From contig PDIP01000009.1 of NCBI GenBank assembly GCA_002811645.1, positions 1 through 64,000 on the forward strand: 64,000 nt of DNA, written 5' to 3'. Shown in pieces: positions 22,683 through 34,700 of the stretch. Origin of the DNA: Corallochytrium limacisporum Hawaii (taxonomy: Eukaryota > Protista > Pluriformea). The number at the start of each line of letters is the position of its first letter. Position 1 is the first letter of the stretch. The notes beneath the pieces are model-generated. The model was not told where the DNA came from and searched no databases. It was given only the letters and a program-made list of their open reading frames with translations. The translations under genes were made by a program, and so were the position numbers.

Positions 22683-25600
22683 TCAATTGGTACCGTACGC
22701 CTTACGCGAGGCACGTGAAGATGTCGAGGCCTCCCTTTTCAAGCTCATTGTAGCACTTCCTGCCCCGTTTTGCTCGGTGTCGTTGTCACGCGGACTGTTG
22801 CTGTCGTCCCCATTAATGGACCCTACCGCGTCCCCGTCACAACCGTACGCTACAGCCGTGCCACTACCGCCGCTGTTCATGGTGCGGAGACCTTCCTCCA
22901 CGTCCTCGTCTCCTTCCCCATTTTCCTGTATGTCTGGCGGTGGCCTAACTGGCTCTGTGGGCGGCGTTTCGGTGGGGTCGGCTGTGTTCCGAAGGCTTTG
23001 GGACGAACGGTTGAAAATGCTGCCGAACTTAAGGCCGAGCTTGAAACTCCAGCCCTTCGGTCCCTTGCGCTTTGTAGCTCCGCCCTGGCTCCCACGGCGA
23101 GCCCGGGCCGCTGCCTGGATCTCCGGGTCCATGCGTAGGCGTTCGACTTTGATCAATGGATCCGGGAACATGGAATACGCAATGTCCATGAGTTCTGTAG
23201 GGTCAATGGTGTGCTCTAGGCCTGCCAAAACAATCTTCATTTCCATGTACAGATCAATGAAATTACAGGTAGTCTCGATGTGGCCTCCAATGAGTGCGAA
23301 GATGGCTAATGCAGCCCCAAACATGAGTTCACCCCCGTCCAGGATAATAGCGTCCCACACTCGGAACAGGGCCTCGTCCGGGAGCACATTTGCAAACAGA
23401 CACGGGAACCATTGGCCCGCAAAGATATCCACTGCTAAGGGATCATCGGAGTGGTCGCTATTGGTAGATAGGGCAGCGACGTGCTCGTAGAGAACGGGTA
23501 GGGCCATTTCGAAAAGTCGGTCAAACACCCGCATGTCGACTGCCAGAGCCTCAAGATCTTTGAAAAAGTTCTCTGGCATACGATCTAGAAGGAGTACGAG
23601 GGCAGAGAAGGCAAAGTCAGCATCAAAATCGAACTCAATAAGGAGGCGAGCGGCAATGAAGTTGAAGGACTGACAGTATCCTGTGGACGAGTTGTAGTGA
23701 GCGTAGGCAAAGAGAACCTCAGCAAGAACCTTACGGCCCTTCTCCGTACGGAAGTATTCGTGCGTCGAGGTGCGGTGCAGGTCTTTCTCGATTTGAATGC
23801 GACGGTCGCGATCTGACACTCTGCGGGGGTCATCTTCTGTTTTCATCTTGTCAACCCCATCCTTCTGCGATTGTCCGTGTTCTGCGTCCTCGCCAATCAA
23901 GTTCAGATTATCCTCCGTTGAATTTGCGGGTACCATCAGCTCACCATCTTCAGTGTCCTCTTCCAGTGCACGACCCTTACCTGCAGATATTGTGTCACCA
24001 TTTTCGTGGCCACCGTGACTGTTTCTTTGGCCGTTCATACTACCCACCTCTTCCTCATCAGTGGCAGCGGTATGGCCCGCCTTCTCAACTACCTCCGTGT
24101 CTCCCCCAGGCTTCTCATATTCCTCATCTCCACTTCCGTTCTTTCCCGCAACCTTACCAACGTGGTCCATGGTTTGGTAGTCAGCTGTTTTCATGATGCC
24201 TCCGAATCGATGTTGAATGAGAGTAGTCCAAATCCGTTTACGCCAGCCCCGGGGAATTCCCAATCTCGCAAGTAATCGCACGCTCTCCTCCCACTCATCG
24301 TAGGAGAAGACATGCATAAAGTCACGTTCGTCCTCCTCTTCCTCGCTCTCCTGCTTGGGGATACGCTGGGCCTTGCAGAACATAGGATAGAGCGTTTGAA
24401 GCAGCTGATGGGCGCCATTGATAGATTCAGGGCGCAAAGCATTGCACCATACTCCTTCTTCTGCACACTGCACCTCCTCCTCGAACTCAAAAACGGTGCC
24501 TCCAGCGCCACCGGCCAGGACCTCGGCAAAGCTCTGTCTCAGCACCGATGTACTACCACTAGCCCGTAGACTAGGCTCCAGGTCCAAGGTGCCACCATCG
24601 GATTGCTGCTGCTGCATTGCAGACAAAAATTCCAGTGAATTCGACGGTTTCCGACGGTGGATCTTGCCACTGCCCGAGACAGCCTGGGCACTGTTGACAC
24701 TATGCGTTCGGTGGATGCGCATTTCTTCCGTGGAGTCCCCAGTCTGGCCGTAACCGTCCAAGGAATCCACAGAACGTGACTTGTGAAAAGCCGAGCTTGT
24801 AGCCACTAAATCCGCGTCAGAGCTCCAACGCTCTTCTTTCGAACCATGCCTAAGTGGACTACCAGCCCGTGGTGGTCTGTATGGATCTGATTGGCCTGTT
24901 TGTGAGTTCTTTCCATTGCTCATCATACTTGGAGTGCGACGATGCCGTGACAGATTGCTCATACTCATCAAGATCTTGGTTCTCGTAGTACTGTCATGAG
25001 AGGCCGATGCAGACCGCTTGTGTTGCTTACGATGTGATCCCTTTAGGGGCGCAATGCCGCTCGCCATTTCCGCAATGCGATCCTGTTGACTGTCAGGTGA
25101 CTCACTGAAGCTCAACGGTGAGAACGCCCGCTCCACATCAGAATCACTGAAACGTGTGTTCATGAAGTGAAGGCCATCAACTGCTCGAGGCGGCGGCTGC
25201 TGCTCTGCGTCCACGTGATGATTGTTGCATTTCTTGTCTTCACCGCCTTCTACCTCTTGAATGTCTACGTGTTCTGCTGCCTGTTCGCTACCTTCCTTAT
25301 CTTCCCCCTCCGTTGGAGACTTGAGGACAGAATTAATATCCGACTTTGAACTACCAGACTTAGTAAACAGTCGAGAGATAAAGGACTGGGGCCGCTCAGT
25401 GCCAAGAGCCTTTATGTCTTTCACTCTCTTGTCCTTAGGATCATTTTCGTTTTCAGAATTCTCCATATTATCGTTTTGGTTGGCCTCATTGTTGTCTTTG
25501 TCTACTCCGTGCTCAGCAGCCCGCTGCTGATCCGTGCCTTCTTTTGTCTCTGTTTGTTCCTCAGTATCCGGAATGTCACTGGTGTTGTCACCAACTTCCT

Positions 25601-26000
25601 CCTCAACGTTTTCTGTGATAGGAGTTCGCTGACTATCGTTGTCTCCGTCGCCAGTGTTCTGTCGCCGCCACTTGAGCCAGGACATCCGCCAGCCTGATGA
25701 CCGGCGCTGACCTTCATCCACACTTGGGGTTGCGCTCGCAGTTTCCGAGACATCACCGGCAGACAAGTCTACCTTTTCTACCGTTGAGTCAGCGCGGGCA
25801 TCTTGCTCGCTACTCATGCGCGGGGATTTGCCCTCAACCGGTGAATTGGGCTGCTCTGTTGATGTGGTTGGCTTTGGCTTCACTACAGTGAGCACTGCCT
25901 TAGCAAAAGCCTCTAGCAACTGGTCCCGATCCAGTTCCCCATGCTCACCGGCCTTGTTCCGGAGCCAGACCTCGAGGTCTGCCTGTAGTTCCCGGTCCAT
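22683..26000 (-). CDS. TBC1D30: TBC-domain Rab GAP, TBC1D30-like (1105 aa)
   Basis: GIPRGWRKRIW, QIEKDLHRT (Arg finger), GYCQSFNFIAA (Gln finger), L.AL.VDMRVF, QWFPCLFA, RVWDAI, ELMDIAYSMFP; long low-complexity N-terminus. Confidence 0.82.
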   Translation of the reverse strand: MDRELQADLEVWLRNKAGEHGELDRDQLLEAFAKAVLTVVKPKPTTSTEQPNSPVEGKSPRMSSEQDARADSTVEKVDLSAGDVSETASATPSVDEGQRRSSGWRMSWLKWRRQNTGDGDNDSQRTPITENVEEEVGDNTSDIPDTEEQTETKEGTDQQRAAEHGVDKDNNEANQNDNMENSENENDPKDKRVKDIKALGTERPQSFISRLFTKSGSSKSDINSVLKSPTEGEDKEGSEQAAEHVDIQEVEGGEDKKCNNHHVDAEQQPPPRAVDGLHFMNTRFSDSDVERAFSPLSFSESPDSQQDRIAEMASGIAPLKGSHRKQHKRSASASHDSTTRTKILMSMSNLSRHRRTPSMMSNGKNSQTGQSDPYRPPRAGSPLRHGSKEERWSSDADLVATSSAFHKSRSVDSLDGYGQTGDSTEEMRIHRTHSVNSAQAVSGSGKIHRRKPSNSLEFLSAMQQQQSDGGTLDLEPSLRASGSTSVLRQSFAEVLAGGAGGTVFEFEEEVQCAEEGVWCNALRPESINGAHQLLQTLYPMFCKAQRIPKQESEEEEDERDFMHVFSYDEWEESVRLLARLGIPRGWRKRIWTTLIQHRFGGIMKTADYQTMDHVGKVAGKNGSGDEEYEKPGGDTEVVEKAGHTAATDEEEVGSMNGQRNSHGGHENGDTISAGKGRALEEDTEDGELMVPANSTEDNLNLIGEDAEHGQSQKDGVDKMKTEDDPRRVSDRDRRIQIEKDLHRTSTHEYFRTEKGRKVLAEVLFAYAHYNSSTGYCQSFNFIAARLLIEFDFDADFAFSALVLLLDRMPENFFKDLEALAVDMRVFDRLFEMALPVLYEHVAALSTNSDHSDDPLAVDIFAGQWFPCLFANVLPDEALFRVWDAIILDGGELMFGAALAIFALIGGHIETTCNFIDLYMEMKIVLAGLEHTIDPTELMDIAYSMFPDPLIKVERLRMDPEIQAAARARRGSQGGATKRKGPKGWSFKLGLKFGSIFNRSSQSLRNTADPTETPPTEPVRPPPDIQENGEGDEDVEEGLRTMNSGGSGTAVAYGCDGDAVGSINGDDSNSPRDNDTEQNGAGSATMSLKREASTSSRASRKAYGTN

Positions 26001-26571
26001 TTCTTAAATCTAGATGTGCTGGCTATGAATTTAGGCCCAACAACTGGGCAGAAAATTTGGTCTATAGAGATGTCATTTCTTTACGTTTCCATTCTGGTGT
26101 GTTTTTCTTACGTCTTGGTTGACTGCGCACCTCACTCAAAACCGGTTCGCATTTGGCGCATAATGCATGGAACTCTTGTGAACACTGTCCAATACTTATC
26201 AAAGTACCTGCATGCTCCGGTACCACCATAACGTTTTCATGTTGTTTCGATCTCAACAGTCAATGCCTAGCGTCAACGTCTCTGGGAAAACATGCAATCC
26301 CACTCAAACCCATGCACATAATCCACAAAAACACAGAAACATCCGTGACACAACTGAAGGCTGTCTCGGCCCGAAGCATAATAAAACAACTGGCTCTGTC
26401 CCGGACCGGACCGGGGCTGCGCGCTGAGCGCGAAGATTTATGGACTGTTGCGGAGAACGGGGAGGGGCTACGGCGCCTGCTGCTTGTGCGGTGTGGGCAA
26501 CCCCAAGCCAAAAGCAACTGCCAGTACTCGACGAATTTGGAACCACTTTGTGATAGTCAGTGCCCCCCCCC

Positions 26572-26789
26572 NNNNNNNNNNNNNNNNNNNNNNNNNNNNN
26601 NNNNNNNNNNNNNNNNNNNNNNNNNNNNNNNNNNNNNNNNNNNNNNNNNNNNNNNNNNNNNNNNNNNNNNNNNNNNNNNNNNNNNNNNNNNNNNNNNNNN
26701 NNNNNNNNNNNNNNNNNNNNNNNNNNNNNNNNNNNNNNNNNNNNNNNNNNNNNNNNNNNNNNNNNNNNNNNNNNNNNNNNNNNNNNNNN
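26572..26789. other. Assembly gap (N run)
   Basis: Run of N bases. Confidence 0.99.
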
Positions 26790-26869
26790 ACTAAAGGGCT
26801 CCCCTTCCTCTCCGGACCCACCCCCACCCCCCCCGCGGCCTTGAAGCGGTTGGGAGCCCTTTAGTCTGT

Positions 26870-27062
26870 AACCTTTACCTGTTAGCCTCCCAATTTCCTT
26901 TAATTTTTTTTTCTTCGTATTGGATCTTGGACGCATTTTTTTATTGTCCGCTTGCGTATATATGGTCCACACCAGCCCTGCAACTGCAAAAGCCGCCGCA
27001 ATACCAATCGATGGCAGCAGAGTGAGACCCGTTCGGGCGGGAGGCGGTTCTATAATAAACAA
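26870..27062 (-). CDS. Possible small single-TM protein, PET117-like; sequence looks error-prone
   Basis: SIGIAAAFAVAGLVWTIYTQADNKKMR has a TM helix followed by a Q..D...MR pattern. It sits in a homopolymer-rich tract beside a gap and has no clear ATG. Confidence 0.22.
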
Positions 27063-27825
27063 ATTGATTTTGTGATATACCCCCTGCCCCGGTTCAATTT
27101 TGAAGACCGACTTTGTCAGACAGTCTCTGTCCGGTTTCCCCCTCGTTTACCGCTGTGCGGGTTGCTCGCTGTGGGCCTGAGAAATTTTTTACCCCCCCTC
27201 CCCTCCCCTCCCCACATTGATGCTGCCCTCCTCCTGCACCCCCTCTGTCTCCCCGGGGTGGTTGTTCCACAAAACGCACCACCGTCCAAAACCACCGGGT
27301 TCTACCCCCCCCTCGCACTATCTGCGCTCCCACCCGGGCGGGCCCCTTCCCGGAAAACTGGATCCTCTCCCCAACCCCCCCCCAGCGGCCCAAAGCGTGG
27401 TGTAGAGGGCACGACTGGCTTGCTTTCCCATAAATAGACTCCCGCCCACAGAGGTGGAGCAATTAGGACGAATGAGGAGGGAAACTTCACTGCTCTCAGT
27501 AAGGCGGTGGTAGTGAATGTACCATGAAGTGCGGCTGGATTCCATCCCCACCGTTCGGACGGTGAGGTTGGCAGCAACCGGGCGGTAGGTGCTGCGTAAA
27601 AGGGGACAAAAGGCCACAAAGCATTCCTGTCCGCGCCAACATTGATACCGCGGGTGGGTGCAGTGACCCAAAGTTTGAGGATCGGGGAAGTCAGACAGGG
27701 GTCTAAGACCTAGTATGATGTATTTGTAATTGGTAGTTCAATGAGGCGTCTAGGTTTTGAATAAATTGCTTTTCACAATAGTTCGGAGAGATTGAAGGAA
27801 ATCGAACCAAAACGTGCATACAAGA

Positions 27826-28500
27826 ATGTCTCACGGGCACAGCCATAGCGGAGGCTGCAGCGGCGGAGGCGGTCATGGGCACAGCCACGGTGGTGGTTCG
27901 CATGGTCATTCCCATGACGATCCTGAGCGAGGATTTGCCGTCTTTTTGCGGCAGTACATTGATTTTCCCAAGGTGCGAGCAATGAACGAAGCAGAGGACG
28001 GTTCTGCCAAGACCATATTCCGCCCCTGGGAGGAGCGCATAACTGGTGAGGGGGAGGTGGAGAGCGACGTAGACGAAGAGCTTTTGATCTATGTTCCCTT
28101 CACTGGTGAAGTGACACTAAAATCCATTGCACTGCTGGCAGAGGCAGGAGATAAACATCCTTCAACGATGAAGGTCTTCATTAACCGCGATGACATCGAC
28201 TTTGGAGTAGCGCAAGATCTGCAGCCCTTGCAAAGCTGGGATCTTGTGAACCAGGGTACCGACGTGCTGGAATACGAGACAAGCATTACGAAATTCAAGA
28301 ACGTGCACTCCCTGACTTTCTATTTCCCAGATAACAACGGAGCGGAGACGACGAAACTGCGCTTCATTGGGTTGAAGGGCATCTTCCACAAGGTAACCCG
28401 GGACACGATCATTACTACTGTCTACGAGGCGAGTGCGAATCCAGCAGATCACAAGGCCGAGTCTGACAAGTTAATGGGCGGACCGAACAGCGTATCATAA
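27826..28500 (+). CDS. PITHD1: PITH-domain protein 1 (224 aa from ATG 27826)
   Basis: His/Gly-rich MSHGHSH N-terminus, ESDVDEELLIYVPFTG.V.LKSI, K.FINRDDIDF, YEASANPADHK. Confidence 0.93.
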   Translation: MSHGHSHSGGCSGGGGHGHSHGGGSHGHSHDDPERGFAVFLRQYIDFPKVRAMNEAEDGSAKTIFRPWEERITGEGEVESDVDEELLIYVPFTGEVTLKSIALLAEAGDKHPSTMKVFINRDDIDFGVAQDLQPLQSWDLVNQGTDVLEYETSITKFKNVHSLTFYFPDNNGAETTKLRFIGLKGIFHKVTRDTIITTVYEASANPADHKAESDKLMGGPNSVS

Positions 28501-28739
28501 TACGTTGGTCGTTGGGACTACCACAATCGCACTACGAGTACAGACAGTGTCGGCCTCGTATTAGTCAGTACTTCAAGAACTCCGGGATCAGCATAGTCTC
28601 CGACTGGGTAAGTTCCACAAAGCCTTTCGCAGGTAAATACAGTCCTAGGCCAATGCCATATGTATTGCACAGTGGCCCCATGTAAATCTTGCTCTTTAAT
28701 TTTTAGCTACAGTCGTATTACCGCTCAAAAGTCCGCCGG

Positions 28740-31700
28740 TCAAGGCCACTGCTGGCGCTCAGCCGCCGTCGATGAAGTCTCCTTAGAAGCCCCTTCGCCT
28801 TCGGATTCGGGCATCATCGTCAGTGGCTGTCGCATGGCGGAGGCCTCCGCGTCGTAGGCCCCGCGAAGCTGTGTCTTGCGCATCGCAAGCCAGCGCTGCC
28901 GGAGGCGCTCTCCAGGCGTCAGCGATCGTTGGTCCTCCTGCAGCTGTGCTTGCGGCGCTGATCCCTGCCAAGAGCTTGGATTCAGCACCGCCTCCAAAGT
29001 GTCTCGCGCCTTTGTGTGCAGTGGCAGGTCGCGGATCCACGCATCCCATTCGCGCTCCATCATCGGTGCCAGAGTCTTGAGCGATGATTCAGGTGTATCT
29101 GTCTGCGACGACGCAATAACATTGAGGAAGTCTTCACGAATGCGGACTTGACGCAGATCATCGTCAGTACTCGAAAGGATGTCCACGATGTCCTCGTCAG
29201 TGAGCGGCGCAAACTGGCGCATCCACGCGTCGGAGGAACGCATCACTGTTGCTGCACGAGCGGCGACCAATGATCCACATATGCGGCCGCCGGTGTCGTC
29301 CACAGTTGATGCTGCAGCAACAAATTCTGGTGCGTCGTAGCCCTGGACATTGAATTCACGTGAGGCTCGGAGTCCAGCACCGGTGACCGCCGTATTCTTT
29401 GCGTCAACCATTGGATCCAGCCAATCCATCGGCGCGTGGCCGGCACCAGGCACTAAAGACAGGCCGTCACCAGCATTGTTTACGCGCGGATGGCGATGCA
29501 GGGCAGCTGACATTGTTGGTGTTAGGAGCTCTTGAGGCTCCCTGCGTTCGCGTTTGAGGAAGTAGCCAAGGCGGAACAGCAACAGCTTAAGACGGTCCAA
29601 TTCATCCCGGTTAAAGGGCATCCTGATACCTTTCACTGTCTCCAGATGCTCGAACAAAACGGTACCAAACCGCGACAGACGATCATCCTGCCATGCATCC
29701 CAGAGTGTTTCTTTGATGTCCGCGTCCTCTAGCACCTCACCGAAGCGTTCTGGCTCCCAAGGAAACCGGCCATAGAGCGCGATGGCTTCGCTGTAGACAT
29801 CTCGCACGAGGCGCCTGAACTCGAGCTCGGCATTGGCCTTCCGCAGAATGATCAGTTCGTTGGCATGGGCGTCCGGCCCAGCATCGTCCATGTTGTTGAC
29901 ATGGCCCGGCTTGGAGAGAGTCATCACCCAGTCCAGCGGTGACAGAGTGGCTGCCTGTAGGTGGTCCAGGTCCGGACCACCTCCAGCTTCGGCGTCGGTC
30001 ATATCCGCATGCCACAGTTCATCTGCAATGGACTGTTGGGCATACTGGGCAGCAAGTTTGTCCACAAAGTTCTCCTCCCAGCGAAGATACTGGTCTAGCA
30101 CTTCGTCGTAACGTTGCAGATAAAGGTCAGGTTCCAGTATGGTCTCCCCCGCAGGCATGTCCTTCCAATGGCGTGGCAGCTTGAATGGTGCGCCGGGCAA
30201 TGGCCAGACGTCCGGATCGACGTTTGGCATAAACGGACGAGTATCTTCCGTGGTGTTGAGATAGACATTCTCAAACTGGTGCCACCTATGGGCAACGTTA
30301 AGTTCGTGTCGTCGGCGATCTTCTTTCGATACAAGCGATCCACCAGTCATGGCACAAAGTTCGTGAACGTTTAAACTCACACCATGTGGAACTGGGTACG
30401 GATTGGACGGAGTAAGAGCGTCGTCGTCTGGTTCCTTACGAATGCAATGGTCAATATCTACACCAGAGAAGAAGGCAGCGGCCAGGGGCAGGTCCTGCAT
30501 GCCGAGTTTGAATGCAAACATGGCTCTGACATGCAGATTAGTGGCCTGCATGGCCATAGCACATCGCAAGGAATCCTCTTGATGACACAGAAAGCGCACT
30601 TCGTCGTGGATGGAAATGGCAAAGCGACCCTGAATATCATATTCTTCGAAGAGCCAGCGCATGTTGACCAGCATTAGGTGCAGGTAGTCCACCGCAGACG
30701 ATTGGACTACCCAATTGATACGAGACGTGGAGAACGAGCCCTCCAACACACCCGTCAGCCGCTCTGGTTCCAGAGTGTTGGACACCTTGACATCCAGCAC
30801 AGGGGTCACACCGTGCTCCATGGCAATGTTTTCCAGGGCTGTAAACATTTGAGACTCCGTCCCACCCTCGTATTTCATATCCAAGGGCTCATCCAAGATT
30901 GTCTCGCCCGGGTCCGGAAAGAAGTCCTCATCGATGTACGTTCTGGAAATCCCGTCTAAGAAGTAGCGTGTGCCCTTGGTCTCGCTGTAGAGCTTCTCGG
31001 CTCGGGCCTTGATTTCATCTTTGGATGCGCGTGTGTTGAAACGTCGCAGGAGTTGCACTGCAAAGCTCGGACCCGCACCATAGATACGCGCGTAGTTCAG
31101 AATCTTTGCTTCATCACGCGAGATACCGGCTAGGGCGGCCGTAACCGAGTGCAAGTCGGTCTTGTTGGACTTTTTGCCCTGCAGGGTCATCCATGAGAAG
31201 GGAGTAACGCCCGAGGTACGAGAATCCCAAGAATCGCCGATGATACTGGCAATCCACAGTTCCTGACTGTCCACATCGGCACCCACAAAGTTCCAACCGG
31301 GCGGTGCGATGACCTGGCACTTGAGCTCGCTGCCGATGCGATTGAATTTGGGAGCTGTGGCGGTCATCCAGAGCGGCTCCACCGCACGGCGAGTCACCGT
31401 CCCGTGCGGAATCAGACTGGGCAAGATCGCACCGCTCACTTTGTTGGTGACTGGACTGTCTCGGGGATCGATACCCTCAAAATTATCCCGGTCCATTTTA
31501 AAGCGATTGTCCAAATTCCAGATTACAAATTGATCCTCTAATCGCTCCACAAACTTCTCCCAGAAACTCACCAGGTTGGCAATTTCCACGACACGGATGA
31601 GCGACTCCTGCGCGTTGTCACTAGTGAGATCTCCTTTCTCAATCATGCTCACCACATTGCCACTGAGCGGCTTCGCTACGTTCTTGTTCATGCCTTCTTT

Positions 31701-34700
31701 GTGCGGAAAGCGGAAGGCCATGAGGAGGTCAGTTTCTTTGCTGAGACGCGACACCCAATAAGGATCCTGATGAGTGATCCGTTCATACTCATCTCGATTC
31801 TGGGCCCGTTTCTCCCAGTACCATCCGAACCTCGCGTCGTATTTGAGTGGACTGCCCATGTACCGCAGTTTCATGAGGTACGGTAGGTTGTGGGTCTGCA
31901 GGGTGACCACAGGTCGGTTTAATCCGTCCCGATCAAGAGTACGAAACCACCTTGGAAGCCGGTTCTCCATTGGACTCCGCAACTTTGGTTCTGCCTTGAA
32001 GGTACCATCCAAGTTGAACTTCGCCTGGGTGTAGTGCATGGTGTCCGTATCCCAGTTGAGGTTCTTGAGCCAAGGATCATTTTCAGGCCGATCATGCCAG
32101 TGTTCCCGGACGACCTTGAGGGCCACAGCGCGAAGCAATTCGTCGGATTCGGCCATGAGTGCTTCGTACAAGGAGGAACATCGCATGATATAATCATCCC
32201 AAGCCTCATTGATGGGTAGATATGCACTAGCAAGTTCAGTTAGACCTACGAGGGATACTGGATGGGGACATTTTGTGATCCAGAGGGGCCACATTACCTG
32301 CATAATCTCATGGGTAGCCTTAACATCACTGGCGCAGTATTTCATTGCCTTCTGGAAGTTATCCCACACATCCCAAACGTGACCATCAACAAACAAATCA
32401 CGAGTCTCCTTCTTCAACTGCTCACCACAATACAGTTCATAAATCGCGGCCAAACTGGCACCGGATGATGCATCTGCCCAAGGACCATGATCGTCATTGT
32501 TGGTGTTGGGCTTGATACCCATTTCTCGAACAAGGGCCTCGTCATACAATTCGGGATTGTGTATCTCCCGTTTCTTCTTCTCAAGATCCGGGATTTCACT
32601 GGAGACTTCCTCTATGGCGTCTTCGGTCCGTGACAAGTCCAGTACGTCTTCTGCACTCGATGCAAACTCGTCTGACTCTTCAGCTTCCCCCAAGGAGGTT
32701 CCTCCGCCCAATGCCGGCTCTTGGAATTCGGAAGCGGATTCCGAGCCAGATTCGAGGCCGTGTTCAGCGCTCTTCATCATCATGTCAGCCAATCCCTCTG
32801 CGTCTATGTCCAGTTCAAAGTCGGCACCTCCGAAATGCCCAAACTCTGCCACTGCCGCAGCTTCCATATGGGAGACCGATTTGATGGGCTTTTGTGAACC
32901 TGATCTTTGCTTTAGTGGCCCAATAAAAGGAAATGTTCTCTTCGCGATTTCGGCTTCCTCTTCTGGTTTCATGTACTTCACTGTGTTGTTCATGTGCTTC
33001 GCTTTTAAAGCAATTTGTTGGGTGCTGAGCCCGCCAACACAAAAGTGCATACTGAGGGTGTCTAGGAATCGGTACCGCGACCGGTAGATGTTGTATTCCT
33101 CATGAACGCGGGCCCGATCAAAGGTGACGTTGTGACCAATCACCACACACTCATTTCTGCCATCCTCAGGGTCAAAGTCAGACTGACTACTGTGTTCTCC
33201 CAAGCGAATAAGATCAAATTCACGCCGAAATCGTTGGCCAGCCTCCAATTCGTAAAAGGATTCAACTGTGGGACGTGTCTTCATGGCCAGCTTCTCCGAA
33301 CACCACGAATACCAGTAGTCCTTTGACAGCGCAACCGCCAATGCGGGACCCTGTCCCTCCGCCATCATTACTTCCACATCGAAAATGATCGCTTTTTCTC
33401 GTGGAAGTTCATCGAAGTGGGACCAAGATCCGTCCTTATTGTAGCGGGTCCAGCCCGCTATCTGTGCCCACTTTGTGGGCATCTCAGGTGCGTCATTGCG
33501 AATCAAATCCTCAATGCGCCAGCGCATTGGTTTTGAGTAGCGTTCCCCGATCTGAAAAAAGTGTTCACCAATGTTGTTACCCTCCAATCCCGGCATTTTG
33601 ATGTTTGGGATCTTCATGGGCGGAGGAATGGATTCCGGGAAGTACTTGAAGGTCCTTTCTCGATACTTTCTATGTTTCTCCGGATCATCTTCGCCGTCAA
33701 CCTTGAACTGGTGACCAGGTCCGAAGGCAGCCCGCCGCAGGAAGGTGGGTAACATCTGAATGTGAGTTGGGTTACGACGTGGCTCCTCGTCAAGCTTGGG
33801 CTCTAGTGCCTCCTTAACACACATGTCATATCCTTCCCAGCCCGGTTCGATCCATCGATCTCTCACCGCCTGTGTGGGGTTGCCGGCATAAGGAAACAGG
33901 TCTCCATACACTGAGCCATTGATAATTTGACTGGCATCGCAGCCGTAGATCTCGGGTAGCAGTTCAGGCCGATCATCCTCACAAATGAAGTCAATTGGCA
34001 GCTGATGGAGCTCAGCCAGCTCGGTAGCTCTTCTGAATGACAGTGGCTCTAAAGGTATTTCTTCTAAATTTTTGAACTTCGTGTCATTAGTTGCTGTGAA
34101 CATTAGCAATTCCGTCAGCGATCGAAGCAGGTCTGGTTCTTCCTGCCAAGGCTGATGGATAGGTCGCCTCTGCAATGGATACCATTGGTCCTCTATACGT
34201 TTGATCCTTGGCGGCGCGTAGGGTTTCGGCAAGAACGGATCCCTTCCACCGCTGCGCTTCTCAATATCTTGCAGACCACAACCAGGTACTTCGAAAGCGG
34301 CCGGCTTGTCGCTGTCCTCAAATGTGAGAGCGGGTCCTGAGTTCGGATTCTCCGGGACAATTCGAGGGAGCATTTCCTGATCTGCCAGCATGTTCCCATC
34401 CTTATCCATGATGATTCGCCCATCTCCGTATTCAAAGTACTGGGCGGCACCCTCCACGTTGCTCGTTTTCATGTAGTCATCGATGGCCTCTGACCACTCC
34501 GTGACGAGTGAATCGTAAGGGTATCTCATCTCCAAGCGCGCATAATCCGAAGCATACCACTTGGCTAGTTCATCGTCTCGCATTCTGTACAGCTTTTCTA
34601 ATTCCTTAGAATCAAGGTTGATTACTCGATGCCTCTCTTTCGGCGCAGGGGGGATCTTGTACCGACGTTTTGGTTTCTCACCCTCTCGTGGTTCGGCTAG

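Noticed and set aside
22639-23490. Long opposite-strand ORFs over TBC, GPATCH4 (42842-43744) and ABCE1 (45285-46142)
   Set aside because: They are shadows of confident genes on the other strand.
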